From the NCBI GenBank assembly GCA_949297665.1, contig CASFTO010000015.1:3395-67394 (forward strand): a stretch of DNA of 64,000 nucleotides. Reading direction: 5' to 3'. This stretch comes from an uncultured Alphaproteobacteria bacterium (GTDB lineage: Bacteria; Pseudomonadota; Alphaproteobacteria; RF32; CAG-239). Under the pieces are notes generated by a model. It saw only the letters and a program-made list of their open reading frames with translations, ran no database searches and was not told the origin of the DNA. Positions 28,827-37,318 of the stretch are shown here, one piece after another. The translations under genes were made by a program, and so were the position numbers. Position 1 is the first letter of the stretch. The number at the start of each line of letters is the position of its first letter.

Positions 28827-30347
28827 TTATTTTTTCTTTTTCTCGTCTAGAAGTCCGAGAGTAGGAACATACCCATCAATAGATTTACCGACATAGAGAT
28901 AATCATCACTACCATCTCTGCTAAATTTAGCATAATCGGAACCTATTTCGCTGAGAATATGTCCGCTAGGCAAAGGCGAACCGACTTTCAATGACAAAGG
29001 TTGTCCGTTAATATCTATAACATCGACAGATATATTTCCTGCTCTCCCCGTAATACCCAAGATTGCATATTGAGCACTTAATTTTTCAGGAACAACCTCT
29101 TCTTCTATTTCTTCAGTGCTATCAATGTTTGCAGAAGCAACATCACTAACTGCAGCAGCTGCGGCAGCTGAAGCATTTTTATCTTTCAATTCTTCAATAG
29201 ATTTGGAGGCTAAATACATATTATTCTTAGCATTTTTGATAATTTGAGCATCAGCTTCAACTCTTTTACGGAGTTGTTCATTTCTAGCCTTTAAGTTTTT
29301 AACAATTCTTTCAAAGTTTGCACGAGCGGCCTCCGCAACTTGTATATTTTTAGCAGAAGCGTCTAAAACTCTATTAATGCGCTCTTTAAATAACTCTATA
29401 AGTTCTTTTTTCTCAATTTCGAGAGCAGAGATTTGAGCATAAAGGTTTTCTTTTTCTTTCAACCATTCTTGTTGATTAACAAGCATTTGGTTCATATATG
29501 CATTAAGAAGTTTTCTTTGTTTTAAGACCTCGAAAAGTTTCTCTTTATCAAGAAGTTCTTGTTTTTCCTTTAAAACTTGAGCTTCAATTTTCTTCTTACG
29601 CTCAAGATCTTGCAATTTCTGTTCTTCTTTCAATCTAGCTTGATCATCAATATTTTTCTGCCGAATAGCCTTTTGCGCTTCAATTTCATTACGAATTTTC
29701 TCTCTCCGTAATTCCAAAGTCAGCAAAGTTGTACTTTTTTCAATTTCAGACATTTGGGAAAACAAATCGCTATCCATCTGCGACAAGATACTATTTCCGA
29801 GAGCTTCCACTGGATTCGCTTTATACTGAATGTCTTTAGGTAAATCTGCATCATTGATAGCTGAATTAGCAGTAGCAGAAGACTGTGCTTGTCCACTAGG
29901 TTGTTGAGGTGCCGGCGCATTAAGATTTTTCATTTTCAAATCAAAATTAAAATCATCACCAGCCGAAGATTGCGGAAGTGGTGCATTAGGTGCAGGATTC
30001 TGAGCCTGCTGAGAAACAGAAGGAGGAAGGCCGGCAGAATTACTACCCTGAGCAACATTCGGGAGAGAAGCTGTTGGCTGTGCTGCCGCTACATTATTTA
30101 CATTAGCTGAATTTTGTGCTGGCACCACAGGAGCGGCCGTTGGCGCAACAACCTTTGCCTGAGATGGAGAAACTAAAGCATTGGCATTTTGAGTAACATT
30201 TGCGGCATCAGCAGATTGGGATGCAACATTTAAAGATAGGTTAGCGGCATTAGCCGAAGCATCAGCAACACTAACTGCATAGGCATTAGCAACATTAACA
30301 ACAAACGCTGATATAATTAATCCATAAAATTTATTTCTACTGAACAT
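28827..30347 (-). CDS. PilP-like pilus biogenesis protein with long low-complexity and coiled-coil extension
   Basis: The signal peptide is MFSRNKFYGLIISAFVVNVANAYA (ATG at 30347; the track ORF starts at 30380). About 150 aa are rich in Ala/Asn/Gln/Pro/Ser, followed by a charged coiled coil of about 220 aa. The C-terminal beta domain YAILGITGRAGNISVDVIDINGQPLSLKVGSPLPSGHILSEIGSDYAKF resembles the PilP/GspC-HR fold pattern. Confidence 0.5.
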   Translation of the reverse strand: MFSRNKFYGLIISAFVVNVANAYAVSVADASANAANLSLNVASQSADAANVTQNANALVSPSQAKVVAPTAAPVVPAQNSANVNNVAAAQPTASLPNVAQGSNSAGLPPSVSQQAQNPAPNAPLPQSSAGDDFNFDLKMKNLNAPAPQQPSGQAQSSATANSAINDADLPKDIQYKANPVEALGNSILSQMDSDLFSQMSEIEKSTTLLTLELRREKIRNEIEAQKAIRQKNIDDQARLKEEQKLQDLERKKKIEAQVLKEKQELLDKEKLFEVLKQRKLLNAYMNQMLVNQQEWLKEKENLYAQISALEIEKKELIELFKERINRVLDASAKNIQVAEAARANFERIVKNLKARNEQLRKRVEADAQIIKNAKNNMYLASKSIEELKDKNASAAAAAAVSDVASANIDSTEEIEEEVVPEKLSAQYAILGITGRAGNISVDVIDINGQPLSLKVGSPLPSGHILSEIGSDYAKFSRDGSDDYLYVGKSIDGYVPTLGLLDEKKKK

Positions 30348-31614
30348 AAATTGTCCCCTCATAATTCCATACGCCACCATTATAACGTATATTATTAATC
30401 TTAAGTCCTGAAAATTTTGTTAACATCGGTTTCCAAATTTCAGGATCGTATCTTGAATTGATTTTAAAATTCAACGCCTCATAAATTTTATTTCCTGCTT
30501 TAACTTTACCATTAGACAAAGAGATAGACATATTAAGTGTCTGAAATAAATCATTAACCATATTTCGTAATTCAGACATTGTCTTAGTTGGAATAGAATT
30601 AACTTTTTTAACAGACTGAAATGGTATAGAAACAGTAACAGATGTACCTCTATCATCAACAGTTTTATTAGTAAAAGACATCCCCGAATAAGTCAAAGCC
30701 ATTTCAATCCACGACAAACGTCCAAACTCTCTTCTCCAAGAAGTAACAATTCCCGAAGCAGAACAAGTTATACCGCCATTTTTCCATCCCGGAGTAGTGA
30801 TAGCAGCTAGCGATTGCATTGTCGTTCTGCAATTATCAAGTAACCAGTTTGTTTCGACCATAGATTCCCAAGGAGCCGGGACGATTTTTTCGACCTCTTT
30901 AACAACTTTCTTTTTAGCTCTTCGAGTAACGACTTTGTTTTCCTGGGTTTTAGTTGCAAAGAAAGTATTGGCTATGAACATAACCATCCAAGCGCCGGCA
31001 GCGATAGAGAGAACCACAACAATAGCTAACTCTGCACCGCGCAATGCATTAATTTTCTCTAATTGAACATCAAGTCCCTGGGCAAAGACTTCAGAAATAT
31101 CTTTTTGCTCAGTATCTTCAATTCCCCATTCTTGCGGAGCTATTTTTCTAGACCAGTCAGGAACGGATAGCATAGACATAAACTGTTCTCTAGCATCTTC
31201 TTCTTTAACAAAGAGAACATCGCCATCAGATAAGATAACATCATTTCTGACACACAGATACCAATAACCGGCATCAACTTTAAACACCGCCAATAAGGAT
31301 GATGCATCACTCATTGCCGTAACAGCTGTAACAGCTGCAACATTCATACCTTTTTTGAAACCCTGAGAAGAAACAGCAAGACCAAGTTGCGGAGATTTAC
31401 CATGTTTTACACAAAATAAATCAGCTCCGACCAAAACATTTTCAGCCGCTTCTTTCGCATCTAAAAACGGAGCATCAACATTCTGCAAACTTTCCCAGAA
31501 TATACTTGCAGCATACTGTATCCCGTCAACAGTAAAGCTAGAAGCCCATTCTTTACTGTTCTCGCGAGAAGTTTCCTCTGAAACATCTAAATCTTTGTCT
31601 TCTTCTTCAGACAC
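30337..31614 (-). CDS. Bitopic membrane protein in the PilO (R64 pilin accessory protein) position
   Basis: 425 aa with a central TM (LAIVVVLSIAAGAWMVMFIANTFFA). Its size and its position between the secretin and the PilP-like gene match R64 PilO. No diagnostic motif was recognised. Confidence 0.35.
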   Translation of the reverse strand: MSEEEDKDLDVSEETSRENSKEWASSFTVDGIQYAASIFWESLQNVDAPFLDAKEAAENVLVGADLFCVKHGKSPQLGLAVSSQGFKKGMNVAAVTAVTAMSDASSLLAVFKVDAGYWYLCVRNDVILSDGDVLFVKEEDAREQFMSMLSVPDWSRKIAPQEWGIEDTEQKDISEVFAQGLDVQLEKINALRGAELAIVVVLSIAAGAWMVMFIANTFFATKTQENKVVTRRAKKKVVKEVEKIVPAPWESMVETNWLLDNCRTTMQSLAAITTPGWKNGGITCSASGIVTSWRREFGRLSWIEMALTYSGMSFTNKTVDDRGTSVTVSIPFQSVKKVNSIPTKTMSELRNMVNDLFQTLNMSISLSNGKVKAGNKIYEALNFKINSRYDPEIWKPMLTKFSGLKINNIRYNGGVWNYEGTIYVQ

Positions 31615-31623
31615 TGTCTACTC

Positions 31624-33252
31624 CTAAAATTTCATACGAGATTCCGGCATCAAAGGCGATTCTAACACAACAGGAGTTAATAAAATAACAACAATACTAC
31701 GAGTCTTATCAACTTTCTGATGACCACCTAAAATATTATTATTAACAGCTCCCAAACCCGTTTTATCACTGGTTGTTTCGACACGCTCATAACCTGACAG
31801 AACCAAAGTTTCACCAGATTTTAATGCAACTTCTTGAGAAAAGCCTCTCTCCTCAATAATTGGATTTTGAATATATCCGGATTCTTCCGAACTGTCTAAG
31901 TTAACATTTTCCAAATCCAACAAATCAGACAAGCTAAGACTAAACAACATCATCAAACGACCATGATCCATAATTCTTGGCAAAACATCCAGTGTAAAAC
32001 CTGTTTCTATTTCTTCCGTTTCAACAGTTACATCGTAGCTAGCCTCACCACCGACTGTACCATTGTTCGTTTTAGTATATTCAGAGATATAATTTTGCGT
32101 TTTAACTACTTGAATAGGAGCCGGTTTATTATTCATTGTCGTGACCGTACCACTGGTAACCAAAGTCGTAACCCCTTGTGTGGAAAGAGCCTGAATAGCC
32201 GCATTAACGGTAACATCTCCGCTTAAAATCTTCATAGACATACCGCTGTTACCATCAACCAGCCCTGTTGGGCCAAAGTTATTATCTCCCAAAGTGATAT
32301 TACCACCGGAAGCTGTTCTATCTTTGAAGGCTGCGTTTAAGTCGAAACCGAAACCACGAGATTCATCTACTTCGACTTGCAGTACCTTTACGCTAATAGC
32401 AACTTGTCTTGATAATCTGATGTTTTGTTCATTAACAAATTTTGAAACTTTTTTAATTTCCGTTGGAGTAGCTGTAATTGTCAATGTTCCGTTCATCGGA
32501 TCTGTAACCAAGCTAGACCCAGTGCCCAACATAGACTTAACCGCTGTAACAATATTTGCCCATAAATCTATACTAGACACGCCACTGGTAATACTACCAC
32601 CACCGGAAGAACTACTAACGCTGGATGTCATAGACGGCTTAGTCGGCAAGGTATACAAAGTAAATGTTTTCGTTGTATATTTATAGATATAAATTTCTCC
32701 GTTTTCATATTTCCACCATACGCCAAAATGGGAACATACCTCATCTAACAAACCGCTTAAAGAACCTTTATATGAAACGAGCATACGCGAAGTATCTGAC
32801 CATTTTGAACCGACTTTAGAAATCGTTGGCGCGTTTTTATCGGCAGCAGCCTTAGCCGCAGCTTCTAACTGTGGTGCAAAACGCACTTTAATAGATGTAA
32901 TCTGCCCTACCATATTACCTATTTCATAAAGAGTAATCGGTCTATTACTGACTAAAGTAACTCCGTCAGAAGTTTCAAGGTAATGCGGTAAAGGTTTATC
33001 CCCTTCATATTCTATCTCACTTGTATCACCTAGCCAGATATCATCTTTGATTCTAATAACATCTGTATCTGCGACAGTTTGAGGCGCTTTAGCATCCTCT
33101 TTATGTTTAATTGTAGCATCAACATCTCTTTCCAAAGCTGCATCATAATCTGTTGGCAACGAACAAGAAGCAACACCTAAAAGTAAAAAAGCTGCAAATC
33201 CGAGTAAATATTTTTTATTAGTATGCATTCTCATTCTCCATTGTTTCAACAA
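31624..33252 (-). CDS. Lipoprotein secretin (R64 PilN / type IVb secretin class)
   Basis: Has a lipobox LLLGVASCS. The likely start is the MRMHTNKK or MHTNKK Met at 33234 or 33228. The C-terminal secretin domain reads TTLVTSGTVTTMNNKPAPIQVV...ETGFTLDVLPRIMDHGRLMMLFSLSLSDL...ALKSGETLVLSGYERV...SIVVILLTPVVLE. Confidence 0.85.
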   Translation of the reverse strand: MLKQWRMRMHTNKKYLLGFAAFLLLGVASCSLPTDYDAALERDVDATIKHKEDAKAPQTVADTDVIRIKDDIWLGDTSEIEYEGDKPLPHYLETSDGVTLVSNRPITLYEIGNMVGQITSIKVRFAPQLEAAAKAAADKNAPTISKVGSKWSDTSRMLVSYKGSLSGLLDEVCSHFGVWWKYENGEIYIYKYTTKTFTLYTLPTKPSMTSSVSSSSGGGSITSGVSSIDLWANIVTAVKSMLGTGSSLVTDPMNGTLTITATPTEIKKVSKFVNEQNIRLSRQVAISVKVLQVEVDESRGFGFDLNAAFKDRTASGGNITLGDNNFGPTGLVDGNSGMSMKILSGDVTVNAAIQALSTQGVTTLVTSGTVTTMNNKPAPIQVVKTQNYISEYTKTNNGTVGGEASYDVTVETEEIETGFTLDVLPRIMDHGRLMMLFSLSLSDLLDLENVNLDSSEESGYIQNPIIEERGFSQEVALKSGETLVLSGYERVETTSDKTGLGAVNNNILGGHQKVDKTRSIVVILLTPVVLESPLMPESRMKF

Positions 33253-34306
33253 CTATAACACGATTCCCTTTATAATAAGTAGCAATAGGCGCTGGTCTTG
33301 CTCTTGCAAAAGCTCTAATCAAAGCAGAACTTACATCTGCAAATTTACCCTTAAACATGACGCCTGCGTTCAAGATATAATTTCTATTAGTATTCCACAA
33401 GAGTTTCCAACCGGACATTGCGCTCCACTTAGTCAGTAACTCACGTAAATTTTCACCTTCTTCAGCTTCCCAAGTCAATACCGTATCATCGCCGACTTGT
33501 ATTTCATTAATATCGATATCTGTAACAAGTTGTTTACCGTTTCCGACTTCAGTAAACTCAATATTCTCGTCATCTATATAATCGGCAATATCAAAAGCCT
33601 CCTCCGTAAATTCAGAAGTAATAACATCGTCGTTATCCATTATTTCTTCGCAATTTTCCTCGCATACAATTTCATAAGAAGAACCATCTTCTGTAACACT
33701 CTTTTTAATTTGTCTTATTTCTTTAATTTCAGGTAATTTAACATTATCAGCGTGTTTAATTACATTCTGTTGTTTAGGGGATTCTACAGGAGATGTTAAA
33801 GGTTTCTGTTCGTCCAAACTATAATTACTGGGGGCTTTATAAGCATCTTGTGGAGTTTCTAATTCCAATTTAGCTGTTTCACTAAACACGCCATCGTCAA
33901 CAATATATTTGGGATTTCTATTTTTTCTGACAGTATCACTAACGGTCACGGTCTGAGTAACAATATCATCTTCTATATCAGGTTGAATTGTCGCAGTAAG
34001 ATTATTGCCGGCAGCAGACTGTGTGTATAAGTGATCTCTTTTGGTTCTTTCGCCATAAGCTCTATAATCAGCTTCTGTTTTGGTATAATTAACCAAGGCA
34101 GTATCATTGCAGCTAATTCCATTAACGCCACAACGATTATTCGGATTAATCGTAGCATCAATAACCGGAGCATCTTCTTCAGGGATAAAGACGCTGGTTT
34201 GATTTTTATCTGAGAAACCGCTACAAGCAGAAACACTACACATACATAATACACAAAACGGTAATAAAAAACTCTTTTTCATATTTTGACCCATTTTAAA
34301 ATCCAA
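33218..34306 (-). CDS. Lipoprotein with a C-terminal TcpQ/PilL-like domain
   Basis: Has a lipobox CMCSVSACSG. The likely start is MKKSFLLPF at 34282. An acidic middle region is followed by the C-terminal sequence VLTWEAEEGENLRELLTKWSAMSGWKLLWNTNRNYILNAGVMFKGKFADVSSALIRAF. This matches my memory of the TcpQ/PilL secretin-partner domain. Confidence 0.55.
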   Translation of the reverse strand: MDFKMGQNMKKSFLLPFCVLCMCSVSACSGFSDKNQTSVFIPEEDAPVIDATINPNNRCGVNGISCNDTALVNYTKTEADYRAYGERTKRDHLYTQSAAGNNLTATIQPDIEDDIVTQTVTVSDTVRKNRNPKYIVDDGVFSETAKLELETPQDAYKAPSNYSLDEQKPLTSPVESPKQQNVIKHADNVKLPEIKEIRQIKKSVTEDGSSYEIVCEENCEEIMDNDDVITSEFTEEAFDIADYIDDENIEFTEVGNGKQLVTDIDINEIQVGDDTVLTWEAEEGENLRELLTKWSAMSGWKLLWNTNRNYILNAGVMFKGKFADVSSALIRAFARARPAPIATYYKGNRVIVVETMENENAY

Positions 34307-34389
34307 CCTAACTCTACAATAAATATTAAAAAATAATTAATCAAGCATAACACTTTATTTATAAAACGTTTTGTTGATTAAATTTTCAA

Positions 34390-35862
34390 CTACTCCTGAA
34401 TTTTTATTGTTCTAATAATAAAAGTATTTGGTTCTGTTAAAGAAAATACCGTATCGACTTTTTTGAAATCAACGCCGTTATTCATAAAAATAGTGTAAAG
34501 AAGATTTAAACGTTTTCTTTGTAATTCGATAGAAGCGGTTGCATCTAAGCGAACTTGAAGATAATAACGCTTTTCTTTTGCTTTTTCCGAAAAAGCTCTA
34601 AGCCAACGGAGTGTTTGTCCGGATATCTCGGCTCTGTCTGGCTGAAACGAGAGTTTTAGCTCTGATGGAATTATTTTGTTCAGAGCTTGCTCCTTCTGTG
34701 TTTCTTGAATTGTTTCATAAAAACTAACCAGAGCATCATTTGAAGATAAATCAGCATTATGGGGCTGATCACCTTGGCTGCTATATAATGGCTTGGCTTT
34801 ATCTTTATTTTTGTTTTTTGATGGAGAGGATGCTGAAGTATCCTTTTTATCAAAGGATGGAGAAAACCACGAAGATATATTGCTAAGAATACCTTTACTT
34901 TCTTCCGTGGATTGCGAAGATAGCTTGGTGTCGGGTTCTTTCTTCGGGATAATCTTTAAAGACGAAACATCTTCTTGAGGAGGTGTTTGTGTTTTAGGAG
35001 ATGTTGTTGGTTTCTTTTCTTGATGTTTACGGTACTCTGTTGTGGTTGTTCGAGGTTTTGTGGTGATAAATGTGGGGGTTAAATTTTCATCATTTAATAT
35101 CTCGTCAGGAATGGGAAAAATGATGCTTTGCTTGATTCGTTCTGCTACTTTGTAAGACAAATCATCATCTTTATTGGCTAATTGCTCGGGGGTATCACTA
35201 AATAGGGGTGTAGCGTTATCAGATGCATACTGCTCCAATAATTTTTTATTTTTTATGTGTTTGCCACCTTGAGCAATGACCCAAGGTGAATCAAAAGAAC
35301 TGTCGATATTACTCGCAGAAACATCGGTAGGCAAAAGAGCTATTTGATTATCGGTATCGTTACCATAAGAAATTTCCGCATCGTAAGAATAATCTTGCTG
35401 ATTCTCGAAATCTATTGGAATAGAGTTATTGTCAACATTAATGCTAAGGATTTCGTCATCTTCTAAACCGTTAAGCTCTTGCGGAGAATATACAATATCT
35501 AAATTTGCAGGGTTTATATCGTTTTTTACAGAAGATGTATCCGCTAATATTATCTCGGAGGGCTGTGGAGAAGACAATATATTTCCCTGTGATAACTGAG
35601 TATCAAGTAAAGAATTTTTCCGAATTTCTGCGAAAGAAATATTTCTCAATGCTGTATCGTTTTGTTTGAAAAGTTCTATTTGGATGGTGGAATGATTAGG
35701 ATAAATATGTGATATATGTGCGGAGGAAGCTAATAAGTGGCTGGTTAATGAAGTACCAACCAGAGACAAGCTAAAGCCTAAAATAAAATTTTTAAATTCC
35801 CACATAAAACACTTTCCGGACATAAACAGTAAAATCAAAAGTATTAACCATATTTTAAACAT
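34390..35862 (-). CDS. First gene of the pilus operon: secreted protein with a disordered Thr/Pro/Lys-rich centre, unknown function
   Basis: 490 aa with an N-terminal signal-like hydrophobic region, a KPRTTTTEYRKHQEKKPTTSPKTQTPPQ segment, and a structured C-terminal stretch of about 100 aa. No family was recognised. Confidence 0.6.
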   Translation of the reverse strand: MFKIWLILLILLFMSGKCFMWEFKNFILGFSLSLVGTSLTSHLLASSAHISHIYPNHSTIQIELFKQNDTALRNISFAEIRKNSLLDTQLSQGNILSSPQPSEIILADTSSVKNDINPANLDIVYSPQELNGLEDDEILSINVDNNSIPIDFENQQDYSYDAEISYGNDTDNQIALLPTDVSASNIDSSFDSPWVIAQGGKHIKNKKLLEQYASDNATPLFSDTPEQLANKDDDLSYKVAERIKQSIIFPIPDEILNDENLTPTFITTKPRTTTTEYRKHQEKKPTTSPKTQTPPQEDVSSLKIIPKKEPDTKLSSQSTEESKGILSNISSWFSPSFDKKDTSASSPSKNKNKDKAKPLYSSQGDQPHNADLSSNDALVSFYETIQETQKEQALNKIIPSELKLSFQPDRAEISGQTLRWLRAFSEKAKEKRYYLQVRLDATASIELQRKRLNLLYTIFMNNGVDFKKVDTVFSLTEPNTFIIRTIKIQE

Positions 35863-35955
35863 TAAATAAAAACATTAGCAAGTATATTTACAAACTAATA
35901 ACAACAAAATCACTTACCATTTTAAGGAAAAAATATAAAAACAAAGGAGTGATTA

Positions 35956-36006
35956 GTGTGAAGTTTTTGTTACAAGGGCAAAAAGATAGAAAAATCAATA
36001 CGATAG
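35956..36006 (+). promoter_or_regulatory. Conserved bipartite upstream element, copy A (upstream of virB2 paralogue 1)
   Basis: GTGTGAAGTTTTTGTTACA (35956-35974), an 18-nt spacer, then AATCAATA-N-GATAG (35993-36006). The same two blocks with the same 18-nt spacing recur at 37187-37237. Confidence 0.6.
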
Positions 36007-36093
36007 AAAGGGGTAAGAAGGCGTCAAAAGACTTGAATTTTTTTAAAATTTGCTGTAAAGTAAATAGTGTATAATGAATTTAGGAGAACTGAT

Positions 36094-36444
36094 ATGAGAA
36101 ACTTAAAAAAGATGTTTACACTCTGCTCATTAGCATTAGTGTTCACAGTATTGCTTGCAGATGCATCATTCGCAGAAGATAGCGTTATGCAAACAGGTAT
36201 GAATAAAGCATTGCAATTATTCAAACATATTAGAACGATTATTTTCGTAGTAGGTGCATTCGGTTTAATCGGTATTGCATTCCAAGCTATTTTCGGAAAA
36301 GTAAAATGGACATGGTTTGCAGGTTTGGCAGTTGGTTTGGCGATTTTGGCTGCAGCCGGTGCGATTGTTAACTATGCTACGGGTGGTAATATTGACTCTA
36401 CTCAGACAGGTGATACATTCTCTCAGTCGGGTACAGGTATATAA
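36094..36444 (+). CDS. virB2: VirB2/TrbC-type T4SS pilin, paralogue 1
   Basis: ATG at 36094 follows an AGGAG site (the track ORF starts at 36067). The signal peptide is MRNLKKMFTLCSLALVFTVLLADASFA, followed by two hydrophobic helices joined by GKVKW (IIFVVGAFGLIGIAFQAIFGKVKWTWFAGLAVGLAILAAAGAIVNY). Confidence 0.8.
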   Translation: MRNLKKMFTLCSLALVFTVLLADASFAEDSVMQTGMNKALQLFKHIRTIIFVVGAFGLIGIAFQAIFGKVKWTWFAGLAVGLAILAAAGAIVNYATGGNIDSTQTGDTFSQSGTGI

Positions 36445-36469
36445 TTAACCAACAAACAAATAATGAAAA

Positions 36470-36494
36470 GGAGCGATTTTATCGCTCCTTTTTT
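36470..36494 (+). terminator. Strong rho-independent terminator after virB2 paralogue 1
   Basis: Perfect 8-bp stem GGAGCGAT-TTT-ATCGCTCC followed by a T6 run. Confidence 0.85.
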
Positions 36495-37085
36495 ATAACA
36501 AGAAAACTACCGGTTAGACCGGTGGTTCCAAAGAGCTTACAGTCTTACACATAAAATACACATACAACATGGAAAAGCAAATATTACGTAGTCTTTGCTC
36601 TCAGATATCGTAGGAAAGTCTTTTTCTGTTGGTATCGCCTGAAAATAGGGGGTAAGAAAATTGTGCCGTTGGAAAGGGATAAATATGATAGAAACAGAGA
36701 TCTGTCTCGACTGTGGCTAATAAAGATATTTCCGAAATTTTCGGTGAGTTCGGCTAAGGGCTAACTCAAAGGTAAAAGTGGTTTAGCAATATATGAACGA
36801 TGAGAAAATGCAAAATTTCGATATAGAAACAGAGAATTTGGGTGTTGTGGATATTATGTGGATACAACAAGGAAGAATACTCAAAAAATTACTGAGTATA
36901 TCCGAAATCAACTTAAAGAAGATGTTGAGCGGGTTAATTAACGAAAGATTTTGACATATTAACAGGTAACAAGTAATCTTCCCTCCGGTCAGACCGTTAT
37001 ACGCTCTTAAGGCATTTGCCGGCACTATTAGTGGGATACCCGTTAAAGAAGAGCCACTGGCTCAACCTATGGGTTTCTTTTTTTG
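36495..37085 (+). other. Unassigned terminator-bounded unit (candidate structured RNA or small-ORF transcript)
   Basis: About 590 nt with no convincing ORF of 60 aa or more. Several local hairpins are present (CCGAAATTTTCGG, GAGTT..AACTC, GTTGT..ACAAC, ATACTCA..TGAGTAT). The 13-mer ATAGAAACAGAGA occurs twice (36688-36700 and 36823-36835). The unit ends in a hairpin plus T-run (37040-37083). Confidence 0.3.
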
Positions 37086-37186
37086 TATTTGTTTTGTGGG
37101 GAAAGTGATAAATAAAAGTTAAAAACAAAAACATCAAAAGGTAATGATATAATCCACGAAGGATATCTCCTCAAAAAAAGTATGAT

Positions 37187-37237
37187 GTGTGAAGTTTTTG
37201 TTACAGAGTAATAAAATGCGTGGAATCAATAGGATAG
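37187..37237 (+). promoter_or_regulatory. Conserved bipartite upstream element, copy B (upstream of virB2 paralogue 2)
   Basis: GTGTGAAGTTTTTGTTACA (37187-37205), an 18-nt spacer, then AATCAATA-N-GATAG (37224-37237). Both blocks are identical to copy A, while the spacers differ. Confidence 0.6.
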
Positions 37238-37318
37238 GCAGGAGGGAGGTATGTATTTTTTTCTGGCTATTTATTTGAATTTGTGATATACTAAGAACAA
37301 TTATAGGGGAGATTGAAA

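Noticed and set aside
36612-36700. RNase P RNA call based on AGGAAAGTC, GGTATCGCC and AACAGAGA
   Set aside because: A 9-mer match is expected by chance about once in a window this size. The partner P4 3' strand (ACAGAA...GGCTTA) and the GGTAAGGGTGAAA-type CR-III block are not found downstream. This is kept only as a hypothesis to test with a covariance model.
36716-36757. tmRNA-like tag reading frame (gct aat aaa gat ... ggc taa = ANKDISEIFGEFG*) preceded by TCTCGAC, suggesting ssrA
   Set aside because: No T-arm (GGTTCGA-type) or CCA acceptor end is nearby on either strand, and there is no GGGG 5' acceptor at the right distance. The peptide also lacks the usual hydrophobic ...(L/V)AA ending. 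The resemblance rests on ANxD alone.
36783-37025. Track ORF of 80 aa on the minus strand in the large intergenic region
   Set aside because: It has a Cys/Ile/Leu-rich nonsense-like composition, no RBS, and runs antisense to the hairpin/terminator organisation of the region. It is most likely a chance ORF.
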